DNA of 64,000 nucleotides. Origin: an uncultured Chloroflexia bacterium (GTDB lineage Bacteria > Chloroflexota > Limnocylindria > Limnocylindrales > CSP1-4). The notes under the pieces were generated by a model, which was not told where the DNA came from, ran no database searches, and was given only the letters and a program-made list of their open reading frames with translations. The stretch lies in the NCBI GenBank assembly GCA_963697135.1, contig CAVOMZ010000007.1:209110-273109 (forward strand), written 5' to 3'. Shown one piece after another: positions 9,054 to 16,516 of the stretch; positions within the stretch are counted from its first letter, which is position 1; each line of letters starts with the position of its first letter. Position numbers and translations under genes: made by a program.

Positions 9054-10370
9054 CTATAGCACAGGGAGCCCGGATCCCCTCTGGGCGGCCTTCCGCCGGG
9101 CCAGGTCCCGCATGGCCCGGCCGCCGATCGCCAGGCTGAGCGCGAGGACAACCAGCTCGCCCAGGCTCGAGAACCAGAACGGATAGCGGAGGTCGGAGCC
9201 GGCCAGCCAGCCGGCGATCACCGCGGACAGGATGAAGCCGACCGTGCCCGCCGCCCCGAACAGGCCCTGGGCGGTCGCCGAGCGGCCGCGCGGGCTGCCC
9301 GCTGCCACGATCGCGTAGACCGCCGGAAAGGCGATCGCGATGCCCGCCGACTCGAACAGGATGATCGGGATCGAGAGGCGGACGTCGGGCATGATCGTGT
9401 ACAGCGTCGCCGCGATCGCCGTGGCCAGGCTGCCCAGGATGACGAACAGCAGGCTGCCCCGCCGATCGACGACCCGGCCGGCCCAGGGCGAGAGCAGGAT
9501 CTGGGGCACGGCGAACATCGCGAAGGTGGCCCCGACGAGGGCCAGGCCGGCCCCTCGCGAGGTCAGGAACAGGCTCCAGACCACCTCGTACGTGCCGGTC
9601 GCGAAGTTGTTGCCCAGGTTGACCACGATCGCCGTCAGCAGGAGCCGGTTGGCGAGGCGGGTCGGCCGGAACGGATCCTCGAGCGTCGGCTCTGCCCGGG
9701 GGTCGCGCCGATCGATCGAGGCGGCCATCTCACCGACCCCCTCGGCCGGCACGGTCGTGGCCACCCGCGTCCGCGGTCCCTCGTGGACGAGGGCGAGCAT
9801 GGCGATTCCGGCCAGGGCGGTGGCGATCCCGCAGAAGACGAAGACGAAGGCATCCGAGCCGGTCAGGGCCGCGCCGACGCCGCCGATCGCGGGTCCGAAC
9901 AGGAGGCCGCCCATCTGGGCCGCGCCGTACAGCCCGAACGCCTCGCCCTGGCGGTCCTCCGAGGTCGAGTCGACCAGGAACCCGCGGGCGGCCGGGTCGT
10001 AGACGGCGGTGGCGGCCCCGGTCAGGGCCCGCAGGACGACGAACGGCAGGAGGCCGTAGCTGACCAGGTTGAGCGGGATCAGGCCGGCTGTGACAAACAG
10101 GGCGCCGACCATCAAGGGCTTGCGCCGGGTCCGGTCGGCGACCCAGCCGAAGACCGGCTCGAAGACGAGCCGGGCGGCCGGCCAGGCCGCGACGACGAGG
10201 CCGAGGTGCTCGAGGCTGACCCCGTGGTTCGTCGTGTACAGGGGCAGAACGGGCAGGAGCGCCCCGAAGCCGACCCACAGGATGAACTCCGCCAGCAGGA
10301 GCGGCACGATCGGCCCCCAGCGAACCAGCCAGGCGGCGCTCTTGGGCTCGGTGGAGGCGGTCATCGACAA
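9054..10370 (-). CDS. MFS transporter
   Basis: 438 aa, 12 predicted TM helices, GWVADRTRRKPLMVGAL motif region. Confidence 0.85.
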   Translation of the reverse strand: MSMTASTEPKSAAWLVRWGPIVPLLLAEFILWVGFGALLPVLPLYTTNHGVSLEHLGLVVAAWPAARLVFEPVFGWVADRTRRKPLMVGALFVTAGLIPLNLVSYGLLPFVVLRALTGAATAVYDPAARGFLVDSTSEDRQGEAFGLYGAAQMGGLLFGPAIGGVGAALTGSDAFVFVFCGIATALAGIAMLALVHEGPRTRVATTVPAEGVGEMAASIDRRDPRAEPTLEDPFRPTRLANRLLLTAIVVNLGNNFATGTYEVVWSLFLTSRGAGLALVGATFAMFAVPQILLSPWAGRVVDRRGSLLFVILGSLATAIAATLYTIMPDVRLSIPIILFESAGIAIAFPAVYAIVAAGSPRGRSATAQGLFGAAGTVGFILSAVIAGWLAGSDLRYPFWFSSLGELVVLALSLAIGGRAMRDLARRKAAQRGSGLPVL

Positions 10371-10517
10371 GGGCTCGATGCGGATCGGAGACCCATCGTA
10401 CGGGCTGCCACGGGTCCCCTCGATCCCGTCCCGGACGGCGCGCCGCCAGGGGGCCGGCGGCCACGAGGCGGGCCGACCGGCGCGAGGCGGGGCCGGCCTC
10501 GCCGCTATCCTGACGAC

Positions 10518-10778
10518 GTGCTGCTCAGCCCTGCCTTCCTCGTCGTGGCGATCCTGGCCGCCCTGATCGCCCTGGCCCCGGTCCGGCGGCTCCAGCGGCT
10601 GGGCTGGCCGGCGAGCTGGCTGCGAACCTACTGGATCGTGTTCGTGATCTGCGGGGTGATCCTGGGCGAGGTCCCGTCATCGGCCAAGCTGCTCGTGCCA
10701 GGCCTCCTGGTCGCCGGCCTCCTCCCGTACGTCGCCGGAGGTCCGCTCAGCCGGGCGGCCCGCCGCCGGGGCCGCTGA
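10518..10778 (+). CDS. Small hypothetical membrane protein
   Basis: GTG-initiated C-terminal part of ORF 9783..10778: LLSPAFLVVAILAALIALAPV...WIVFVICGVILG...LLVAGLLPYVAG. Two or three TM helices. Weak. Confidence 0.3.
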   Translation: MLLSPAFLVVAILAALIALAPVRRLQRLGWPASWLRTYWIVFVICGVILGEVPSSAKLLVPGLLVAGLLPYVAGGPLSRAARRRGR

Positions 10779-10820
10779 CCGCCGGGGCCGCTGACCGCCT
10801 GCTGTCCGCCGGACGGGCGG

Positions 10821-10896
10821 TGGTGAGCCGTCTGGGATTCGAACCCAGGACCAATCGCTTAAAAGGCGACTGCTCTAACCGCTGAGCTAACGGCCC
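10821..10896 (-). tRNA. tRNA-Lys, anticodon TTT, CCA encoded
   Basis: Reverse complement GGGCCGTTAGCTCAGCGGTTAGAGCAGTCGCCTTTTAAGCGATTGGTCCTGGGTTCGAATCCCAGACGGCTCACCA. Anticodon loop CTTTTAA. Confidence 0.85.
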
Positions 10897-10977
10897 ATGC
10901 CTGGGGCTGGGCCGAGTCTAGCATCGGGTTGCGGGCCTCCGGCAGCGCCATTCGAGCGTGCTTGCTACGATCGGCCC

Positions 10978-11355
10978 GTGACCGATTTCTACACGATCGA
11001 CCGGGCCAACGAACGCCTCGAAACGCTTCAGCCGGTGCTGGCCCAGCTGCGCGACCAGCGCGCCGAGCTGCGCGAGCTGAAGGCCTCGTTCGATGCCACC
11101 GAGCCGGGCCCAGAGCGCGAGCGGCTGCGCCTGCGGATGCAGGGCGTCGTCGATCAGATGCAGGCCGGGGTCGTCCGGATCGACGACTGGCGAGTCACCC
11201 TGCGCGACATCGCCACGGGCCTGGTCGACTTCCCGGCGCTCGTGTCCGGCCGCCAGGTCTGGCTCTGCTGGCAGCTCGGCGAGTCGGACGTGGCCTGGTG
11301 GCACGAGCTGGAGGCCGGGGTCGCCGGCCGGCAGCCCCTGATCGCGCTACGGTAG
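10978..11355 (+). CDS. Hypothetical protein (possibly DUF2203-like)
   Basis: GTG start inside ORF 10897..11355: VTDFYTIDRANERLETLQPVLAQLRDQRAELRELKA...GLVDFPALVSGRQVWLCWQLGESDVAWWHELEAG. Family assignment is from memory only. Confidence 0.45.
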   Translation: MTDFYTIDRANERLETLQPVLAQLRDQRAELRELKASFDATEPGPERERLRLRMQGVVDQMQAGVVRIDDWRVTLRDIATGLVDFPALVSGRQVWLCWQLGESDVAWWHELEAGVAGRQPLIALR

Positions 11356-11362
11356 GACGGAC

Positions 11363-11732
11363 ATGAGCGTTCCGCCCCCCATCCCGTCGATCGAGCCGGC
11401 CGAGGCCGAGCGGCGCCTGCGGGAAGGTGATCCTGACGGCCGGAGACCGCTCCTGGTCGACGTCCGGAACCTGGACGAGTTCATCGAGGCCCGGGTCGCC
11501 GGCGCCCGGTTCATCCCGCTGCCGGAGTTCGGGACCCGGTTCGAGGAGCTGCCCCGGGATCGGCCGCTCTTCCTGTTCTGTCGGTCCGGATCTCGCTCGG
11601 CAGCCGCGACGGCTCACCTCGTGCGGCCAGGGCTGGACCGACGTCAGCAACGTGAGCGGCGGCCTGATCGGCTGGCAGTGGGCGAAGCTGCCGCTCGTCG
11701 AAGGCCCGCTCGGACCGGGCGAGGGCAGCTAG
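11363..11732 (+). CDS. Rhodanese-domain sulfurtransferase. One frame shift near 11625.
   Basis: ...LLVDVRNLDEFIEARVAGARFIPLPEF...LFLFCRSGSRSAAATAHL, then after a slip ...QGWTDVSNVSGGLIGWQWAKLPLVEG. Catalytic Cys in CRSGSRS. Confidence 0.7.
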
Positions 11733-11782
11733 GCCAGCGGGGCCGGGCGCCTGTGCCCTGCCGCTCGACCCGGGCAGGCGGC

Positions 11783-13258
11783 CTAGTGGCGGCGCCGGCG
11801 GAAGCGCTCCCACAGCTGGCGGGTCTTCTCCTTGTGGGCGAAGGCCCAGCCGATCAGGATCAGCAGGATGAAGTCGACCGTGCCCGCTCCGGCGGCGCTC
11901 AGGTAGCCGAGCTGCTGGCCGATGTCGCCCCCGATCTGCAGGGCCGGAATCGTGGCCCCGACGAGGCCCAGGGCGAAGAACGGCGGTTGGGGGGCCAGGT
12001 TGGCCCGGACGCTGGCGGTGATCACGCCGGTCGCGGTGGTCCCCCCGACGAGGAACGCGTTCGAGCCGCTGGCGAGGCCCGATGAGCCGGTCAGGCCGCC
12101 GCTGCTGGCCGGCAGGTCGCTCTGGCTCAGGTGCTGCCAGCCGCTGATGTTGCCGCTCGCGTCTGGCGTGGTCCAGTAGGTCTCGGTCTGGGGGCTCGTC
12201 CCGTCGCTGCCGCCGACCAGGTAGATCACCCCGTTCGAGGTGAATCCGGCGGCGTTGGTCCGGGGAGCCGGCAGGTTGGTGGCGCCCACCCCGGTGCCCC
12301 AGCGCTGGACCACCACGGCCGCGGCCGCGCCCGAAGGCAGGGGCGAGGGCGCCGGCGAAGCCGACGCCGCAGACCCGGTGTCGGCCCGCAGGACGACGGC
12401 GGTCGGGCCGGTCGCGTCACGCCCGCCGTACATGAACAGCTCGCTGCCGATCACCGAGCCGAGGGCCTGGCTGCGCGGCTGGGGCATCGCGATCTGGTTG
12501 GTCCAGGGCAGGAGCTTGCCGGTCGGGTCGGCGGTCGCCTTCCAGACGGTCGAGGTCGGGCCGCTGCCATCCGTCCCGCCCAGGACGAACAGGCCGTCCG
12601 AGGCGGCGACGACCGTGGCCGAGGCCCGCGGGGACGGCAGGACGAGGTCCTTGCTCTCGGAGAATTCGGCGAACTGGTTGGTCGCGGCGTCCTGGGCCGA
12701 GACGAAGACCGTCGAGGTCGGCTTGCCGTCGCTGCCGAAGCCGCCGATCACGTAGATCGTGCTGTTGAGGAAGATCACGGCCGCATCGGCTCGCGGGGCC
12801 GGCAGCTTGAGCGGCGAGGTCTGCCATGGGCCGAACGTGCCGCTGAACAGGGGCGTCGTGTAGATCTGGTCGGAGACGTTCGTGCCGTCCGTGCCCCCGA
12901 TGTAGAACAGGTTCGTGCCGGCCTGGATCACCGTCCCGTCGGTTCGCGGGGCGGGCAGGGCCAGCTCGGTCGGCGAAGGCTGCCAGGGCAGGGGCGCCCC
13001 GGCCGGAGCCGGGCAGGGCAGGGTCTCATTGCTCGGCGGGCAGAGGTTGATCGGGGAGATGACGTTGACCCCGACATCGATCGTCGGGAAGACGATGAAG
13101 TAGTAGGCCCGGTCCGGGATATAGCCCAGGAGCATGATGATCGTGACGAACCAGAAGGATGCCTTCAGGAACGCCCAGGTCCAGCCCTCGCCGTCGAGCA
13201 GCCCGAACAGGACCCGTCCCCGTCCAGGGCTGCCCGCGTTGAGCGTCTGTCCCGCCAT
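11783..13258 (-). CDS. Kelch-repeat beta-propeller membrane protein with N-terminal and C-terminal TM segments
   Basis: Repeated ...LPAPRxxAAxx...LFVLGGTDGSGPTSTV... blades (at least five). The N-terminal TM is FWFVTIIMLLGYIP. The C-terminal anchor is VDFILLILIGWAFA. Confidence 0.75.
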   Translation of the reverse strand: MAGQTLNAGSPGRGRVLFGLLDGEGWTWAFLKASFWFVTIIMLLGYIPDRAYYFIVFPTIDVGVNVISPINLCPPSNETLPCPAPAGAPLPWQPSPTELALPAPRTDGTVIQAGTNLFYIGGTDGTNVSDQIYTTPLFSGTFGPWQTSPLKLPAPRADAAVIFLNSTIYVIGGFGSDGKPTSTVFVSAQDAATNQFAEFSESKDLVLPSPRASATVVAASDGLFVLGGTDGSGPTSTVWKATADPTGKLLPWTNQIAMPQPRSQALGSVIGSELFMYGGRDATGPTAVVLRADTGSAASASPAPSPLPSGAAAAVVVQRWGTGVGATNLPAPRTNAAGFTSNGVIYLVGGSDGTSPQTETYWTTPDASGNISGWQHLSQSDLPASSGGLTGSSGLASGSNAFLVGGTTATGVITASVRANLAPQPPFFALGLVGATIPALQIGGDIGQQLGYLSAAGAGTVDFILLILIGWAFAHKEKTRQLWERFRRRRH

Positions 13259-13303
13259 CGTCCTCCATCCCCGGCACTGACCCGCTGGGGGCCGGTGCGC
13301 CGT

Positions 13304-14371
13304 CTACTTGACCGCGAGCGTTCCCGTCATGTTCGGGTGGACCGCGCAGTGGTACGTGTACGCCCCGGCCGGCAGCGCCGGCACGCTGTAGTCCTTGGTC
13401 GCCGGGCCGTTGAAGATGTCGCCGGTAAAGACCGTCGAGCCGCCCGAGTTGACGATCACGACGTTGTGCGGGACCGAGGCATCCATGTTGTTGAACTGGA
13501 GGTCGAAGGCCGTGTTGGCCGGGGCCGCCAGCGTCGTCTGGGTGAAGGCGATGTTCTGGGCGTCGAGCTTGACCACCGTCTCGCCGGGGGCCGGGGTGGT
13601 GGCCGGGGTGCTGGCCGAAGGCGAGCTGGTCAGGGCCGAGCTCCAGCAGGCCGGCACCGGGGTCGCCCCGGGTGGCGGGGCGTAGTTCGGGTCGCGCCAG
13701 CCGTTGAACGTCTCGGGCTTGCCGTTCGGACCGATCACCGGTTCATTCGTGCTGGCGTCCCGGACCTGGTAGGTCATCGTGCTGGGCGCCCGGATGAAGT
13801 CGATCAGGTTCTGGATCTGGATGTAGTTCAGCGGCCCGCCGTTGATGTCGGCCCAGACCGGCATGAGGCTGTCGGGGTTGCCGCAGACGTAGCGGCCACC
13901 CACCGTCAGGACGTTCTGGATGTACTGCGGGTTCAGGTGGACGTAGAGCTTGATCTGGCTGTTCAGGACCGGCCCGATTCCGCCCTGGCCGGCGGCTCCG
14001 TGGCAACGGGCGCAGTTTGCCTCGAACAGGTTGTAGCCGGCCTCGACCGAGGTGACCTGCTGGGCCGCGACCTCGGCCTGCTGGCGGGACGAGTTGGCCA
14101 CGCCCGGAAAGCCCACGTCGTAGAACCAGTACAGGATCACGAAGACGACGACGAAGAGGGTCGCCAGGAAGCCGACCCAGCGGGCGCTACCGCTCTGGCG
14201 GACGATCCCGGCGGCCCGCTCCGGGGTAAGCGCCGCCTGGTGGGCCGAAGGTGGAGCAGAGAACCGTTCGACCGGGGCCGGCGTGCTTTCGGGGCGGGCG
14301 GCCGGCAGTCGTTCGTCGCCGCCCGAGGGCGTCGGCAGGGAGTCGTTCGGGCCGCTCATGCTCACAGGCAC
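13304..14371 (-). CDS. Membrane-anchored mono-heme cytochrome c fused to a C-terminal cupredoxin domain
   Basis: TM FLATLFVVVFVILYWF. Heme motif CARCHGAAGQGG. C-terminal VPHNVVIVNSGG...CAVHPNMTGTLAVK, paralogous to the COX2 C-terminal domain. Last gene of the bc operon. Confidence 0.85.
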   Translation of the reverse strand: MPVSMSGPNDSLPTPSGGDERLPAARPESTPAPVERFSAPPSAHQAALTPERAAGIVRQSGSARWVGFLATLFVVVFVILYWFYDVGFPGVANSSRQQAEVAAQQVTSVEAGYNLFEANCARCHGAAGQGGIGPVLNSQIKLYVHLNPQYIQNVLTVGGRYVCGNPDSLMPVWADINGGPLNYIQIQNLIDFIRAPSTMTYQVRDASTNEPVIGPNGKPETFNGWRDPNYAPPPGATPVPACWSSALTSSPSASTPATTPAPGETVVKLDAQNIAFTQTTLAAPANTAFDLQFNNMDASVPHNVVIVNSGGSTVFTGDIFNGPATKDYSVPALPAGAYTYHCAVHPNMTGTLAVK

Positions 14372-15038
14372 CCCGTCGGCGACAGGGGCGGGATCAGGCC
14401 CGGCTGGCCGAGCGCCACGGGCAGCGGCCCGAGGGTGATCTTGAGGGTGTCGACCGACAGGGCGCCGGAGCCGTCGACCACGGTCGCGAAGCGGTCCATG
14501 CTCCGCGGGGCCGGGCCGTACTGGGCGACCCAGCGCCTTGATCCCGAGCCGGTCATAGCGCGAGCCGTGGCAGGGGCACTCGAACCAGAAGTTCTTGAGG
14601 CACGGGTTGGGCTTGCAGCCGAGGTGCGGACAGCGCTGGTAGAGCGCCCGGACGTTGATGTTGGTCCCGTCTCCGGTCGCATCCTGCGCCCGGCAGGAAC
14701 TGCTGGCGCGAGGTGTCGATCAGCATCACGTAGGCCTTGGCCGCGCTGTAGTAGGCCGGGAAGCCCTTGTCGATCGGCAGGCTCGAGTTCTGGGCCTTCA
14801 CGTCGGAGAAGGTCCCGATCAGGACCTTGCTCTTGTTGCCGGTGGCGATCGCCGGCCAGATGAACCCGATCGTGCCCACTCCGAGCTCGGTCAGCCACAT
14901 CGCGACGCCCAGTCCGAGGGCCGTCCGCAGGACCTTTCGGCGCGGGATGCCCTTGACCTGCTCCTTCCGAAGGGCCTTGATCGCCTCCTTGGAAAGGGCC
15001 TGGGGCCGCGCCGCCGGTTCGACCTGGTAGTTGCTCAT
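14362..15038 (-). CDS. Rieske [2Fe-2S] protein of the cytochrome bc/b6f complex. Two frame shifts near 14530 and 14700.
   Basis: The N-terminus MSNYQVEPA...RRKVLRTALGLGVAMW has a Tat-like RR signal plus TM. My own translation of the reverse complement of 14560-14660 gives VRALYQRCPHLGCKPNPCLKNFWFECPCHGSRYDR (both Rieske boxes), in a third frame relative to the flanking ORFs. Confidence 0.8.
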
Positions 15039-15060
15039 CGGAGTGCCTCGAAACGTGTGC

Positions 15061-15663
15061 TCACAGGCTGAAGTGCAGCCCGTCGGTGTTGAGATAGGGA
15101 ATGACGAAAGCGTAGCCGGGGCCCCGGAAGAAGATCCCCACGAAGGTGACCGTCAGCCCGAGGGCGCAGAACATGCTGAACAGGATGATCGCCGTCTTGC
15201 GCTGGGAGGGCCGGGTGGCGGTCAGGTTGCCCCGGTCGACGTACGGGATCAGGGCCGCCCCGACCAGGACGAAGGTCGGCACGAGCACGCCCGCCACGGT
15301 CGGGTGGAAGTACGACAGGAGCTCCTGCAGGCCGAGGAAGTACCAGGGCGCCTTGGCCACCGCCGGGGTCACGTTCGAGTTGGCCAGCGCCTCGAGCGGG
15401 GCATTCACGAAGAGGCCCATCAGGAGCAGGAAGATCGACATGATCCCGCCGGCCAGGAACTCGATCGTGAGCAGGTGCGGCCAGGTCATGACCGTGTCGT
15501 CCGGCTCCTTCTGGACGCGGACGACGGCATCCTGCTTGACCAGGGCCAGCAGCCGATACGGCCGGGCCGACATCGGCACGCGCTGCTTGTCGATCTCGGT
15601 CCGACGGGCCGGATCGACCGGCACGACGGTCCGCGGCTCGGGCGGCGTCTTCACGTCAGTCAT
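15061..15663 (-). CDS. Cytochrome b6f subunit IV-like protein (C-terminal half of a split cytochrome b)
   Basis: Three TM helices and the PEWY-type motif KAPWYFLGLQELLSYF. Confidence 0.85.
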   Translation of the reverse strand: MTDVKTPPEPRTVVPVDPARRTEIDKQRVPMSARPYRLLALVKQDAVVRVQKEPDDTVMTWPHLLTIEFLAGGIMSIFLLLMGLFVNAPLEALANSNVTPAVAKAPWYFLGLQELLSYFHPTVAGVLVPTFVLVGAALIPYVDRGNLTATRPSQRKTAIILFSMFCALGLTVTFVGIFFRGPGYAFVIPYLNTDGLHFSL

Positions 15664-15787
15664 CGAACTGACTCAGGCCCCGAGGGCCCCGAGGACGAGC
15701 GCAGACCGAGGCGAAGCCGAGCATGCGAGCGAGCGCCCGTGAAGGTGCCTGAGCGAGCGGCGGAGGCGACAACGAAGGGATGTGCCG

Positions 15788-16516
15788 TCATAGCGGTCCC
15801 GAGATTCCTCCGTCCTTACGGATTCGCCAGAAGTGCACGGCGAGGAATATGGCGGCGACGAGCGGGAAAACCATGATGTGCAGGACATAGAACCGCAAGA
15901 GCGTGTTCTGGCCGACCTCCAGGCCGCCCAGCAGGATCAGCTTGGCCGGGGTGTTGAACAGCGGGGCGTAGCCGCCCATGTTCGTGCCGATCGTGATCGC
16001 CCAGTAGGCGATCTGGTCCCAGGGCAGGAGGTAGCCCGTGAACGAGAGCATCAGGGTGACGAACAGGAGGACGACCCCGACGACCCAGTTGAACTCGCGC
16101 GGCGGCTTGTAGGCCCCGTGGTAGAAGACCCGCATCATGTGCAGGAAGACGAAGAAGACCATCAGGTGGGCTGCCCACCGATGGATGTTCCGGGTCAGCA
16201 GGCCGAAGGCGACCTCGCTCTGGATCGACAGGATGTTCGAGTAGGCCTGGGTCGCCGACGGAACGTAGAAGAACATCAGGTAGACGCCGGTCACGGTCAG
16301 GACGAGGAACAGGAAGAAGCTCAGTCCACCGAGGCAGAACGTGTAGGCGAACTTGACCGCGTGCTGGCGGACGCGGACGGGGTGGATGTGCAGGAAGACG
16401 TTGTTCATGACCGCGTACGCCCGCGAACGTTCGTCGTTCGGGTAGGGCTGGCGGAAGAGCGAGCGCCACACGACGCTCCGGCGGATGCTCTGGTCCACCC
16501 GCTCGAGGAAGCTCAC
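15788..16516 (-). CDS. Cytochrome b6-like (N-terminal heme-binding half of a split cytochrome b)
   Basis: The two conserved heme-ligand His pairs sit in ...NIHRWAAHLMVFFVFLHMMRVFY... and ...VLHIMVFPLVAAIFLAVHFW. The ATG overlaps the stop of the upstream flavoprotein gene (ATGA). Confidence 0.9.
   Translation of the reverse strand: MSFLERVDQSIRRSVVWRSLFRQPYPNDERSRAYAVMNNVFLHIHPVRVRQHAVKFAYTFCLGGLSFFLFLVLTVTGVYLMFFYVPSATQAYSNILSIQSEVAFGLLTRNIHRWAAHLMVFFVFLHMMRVFYHGAYKPPREFNWVVGVVLLFVTLMLSFTGYLLPWDQIAYWAITIGTNMGGYAPLFNTPAKLILLGGLEVGQNTLLRFYVLHIMVFPLVAAIFLAVHFWRIRKDGGISGPL

Noticed and set aside
12131-14863. 910-aa plus-strand ORF
   Set aside because: It is antisense to the Kelch, cytochrome c-cupredoxin and Rieske genes. 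Its composition is low-complexity (R/G/D/A) and it has no motifs.
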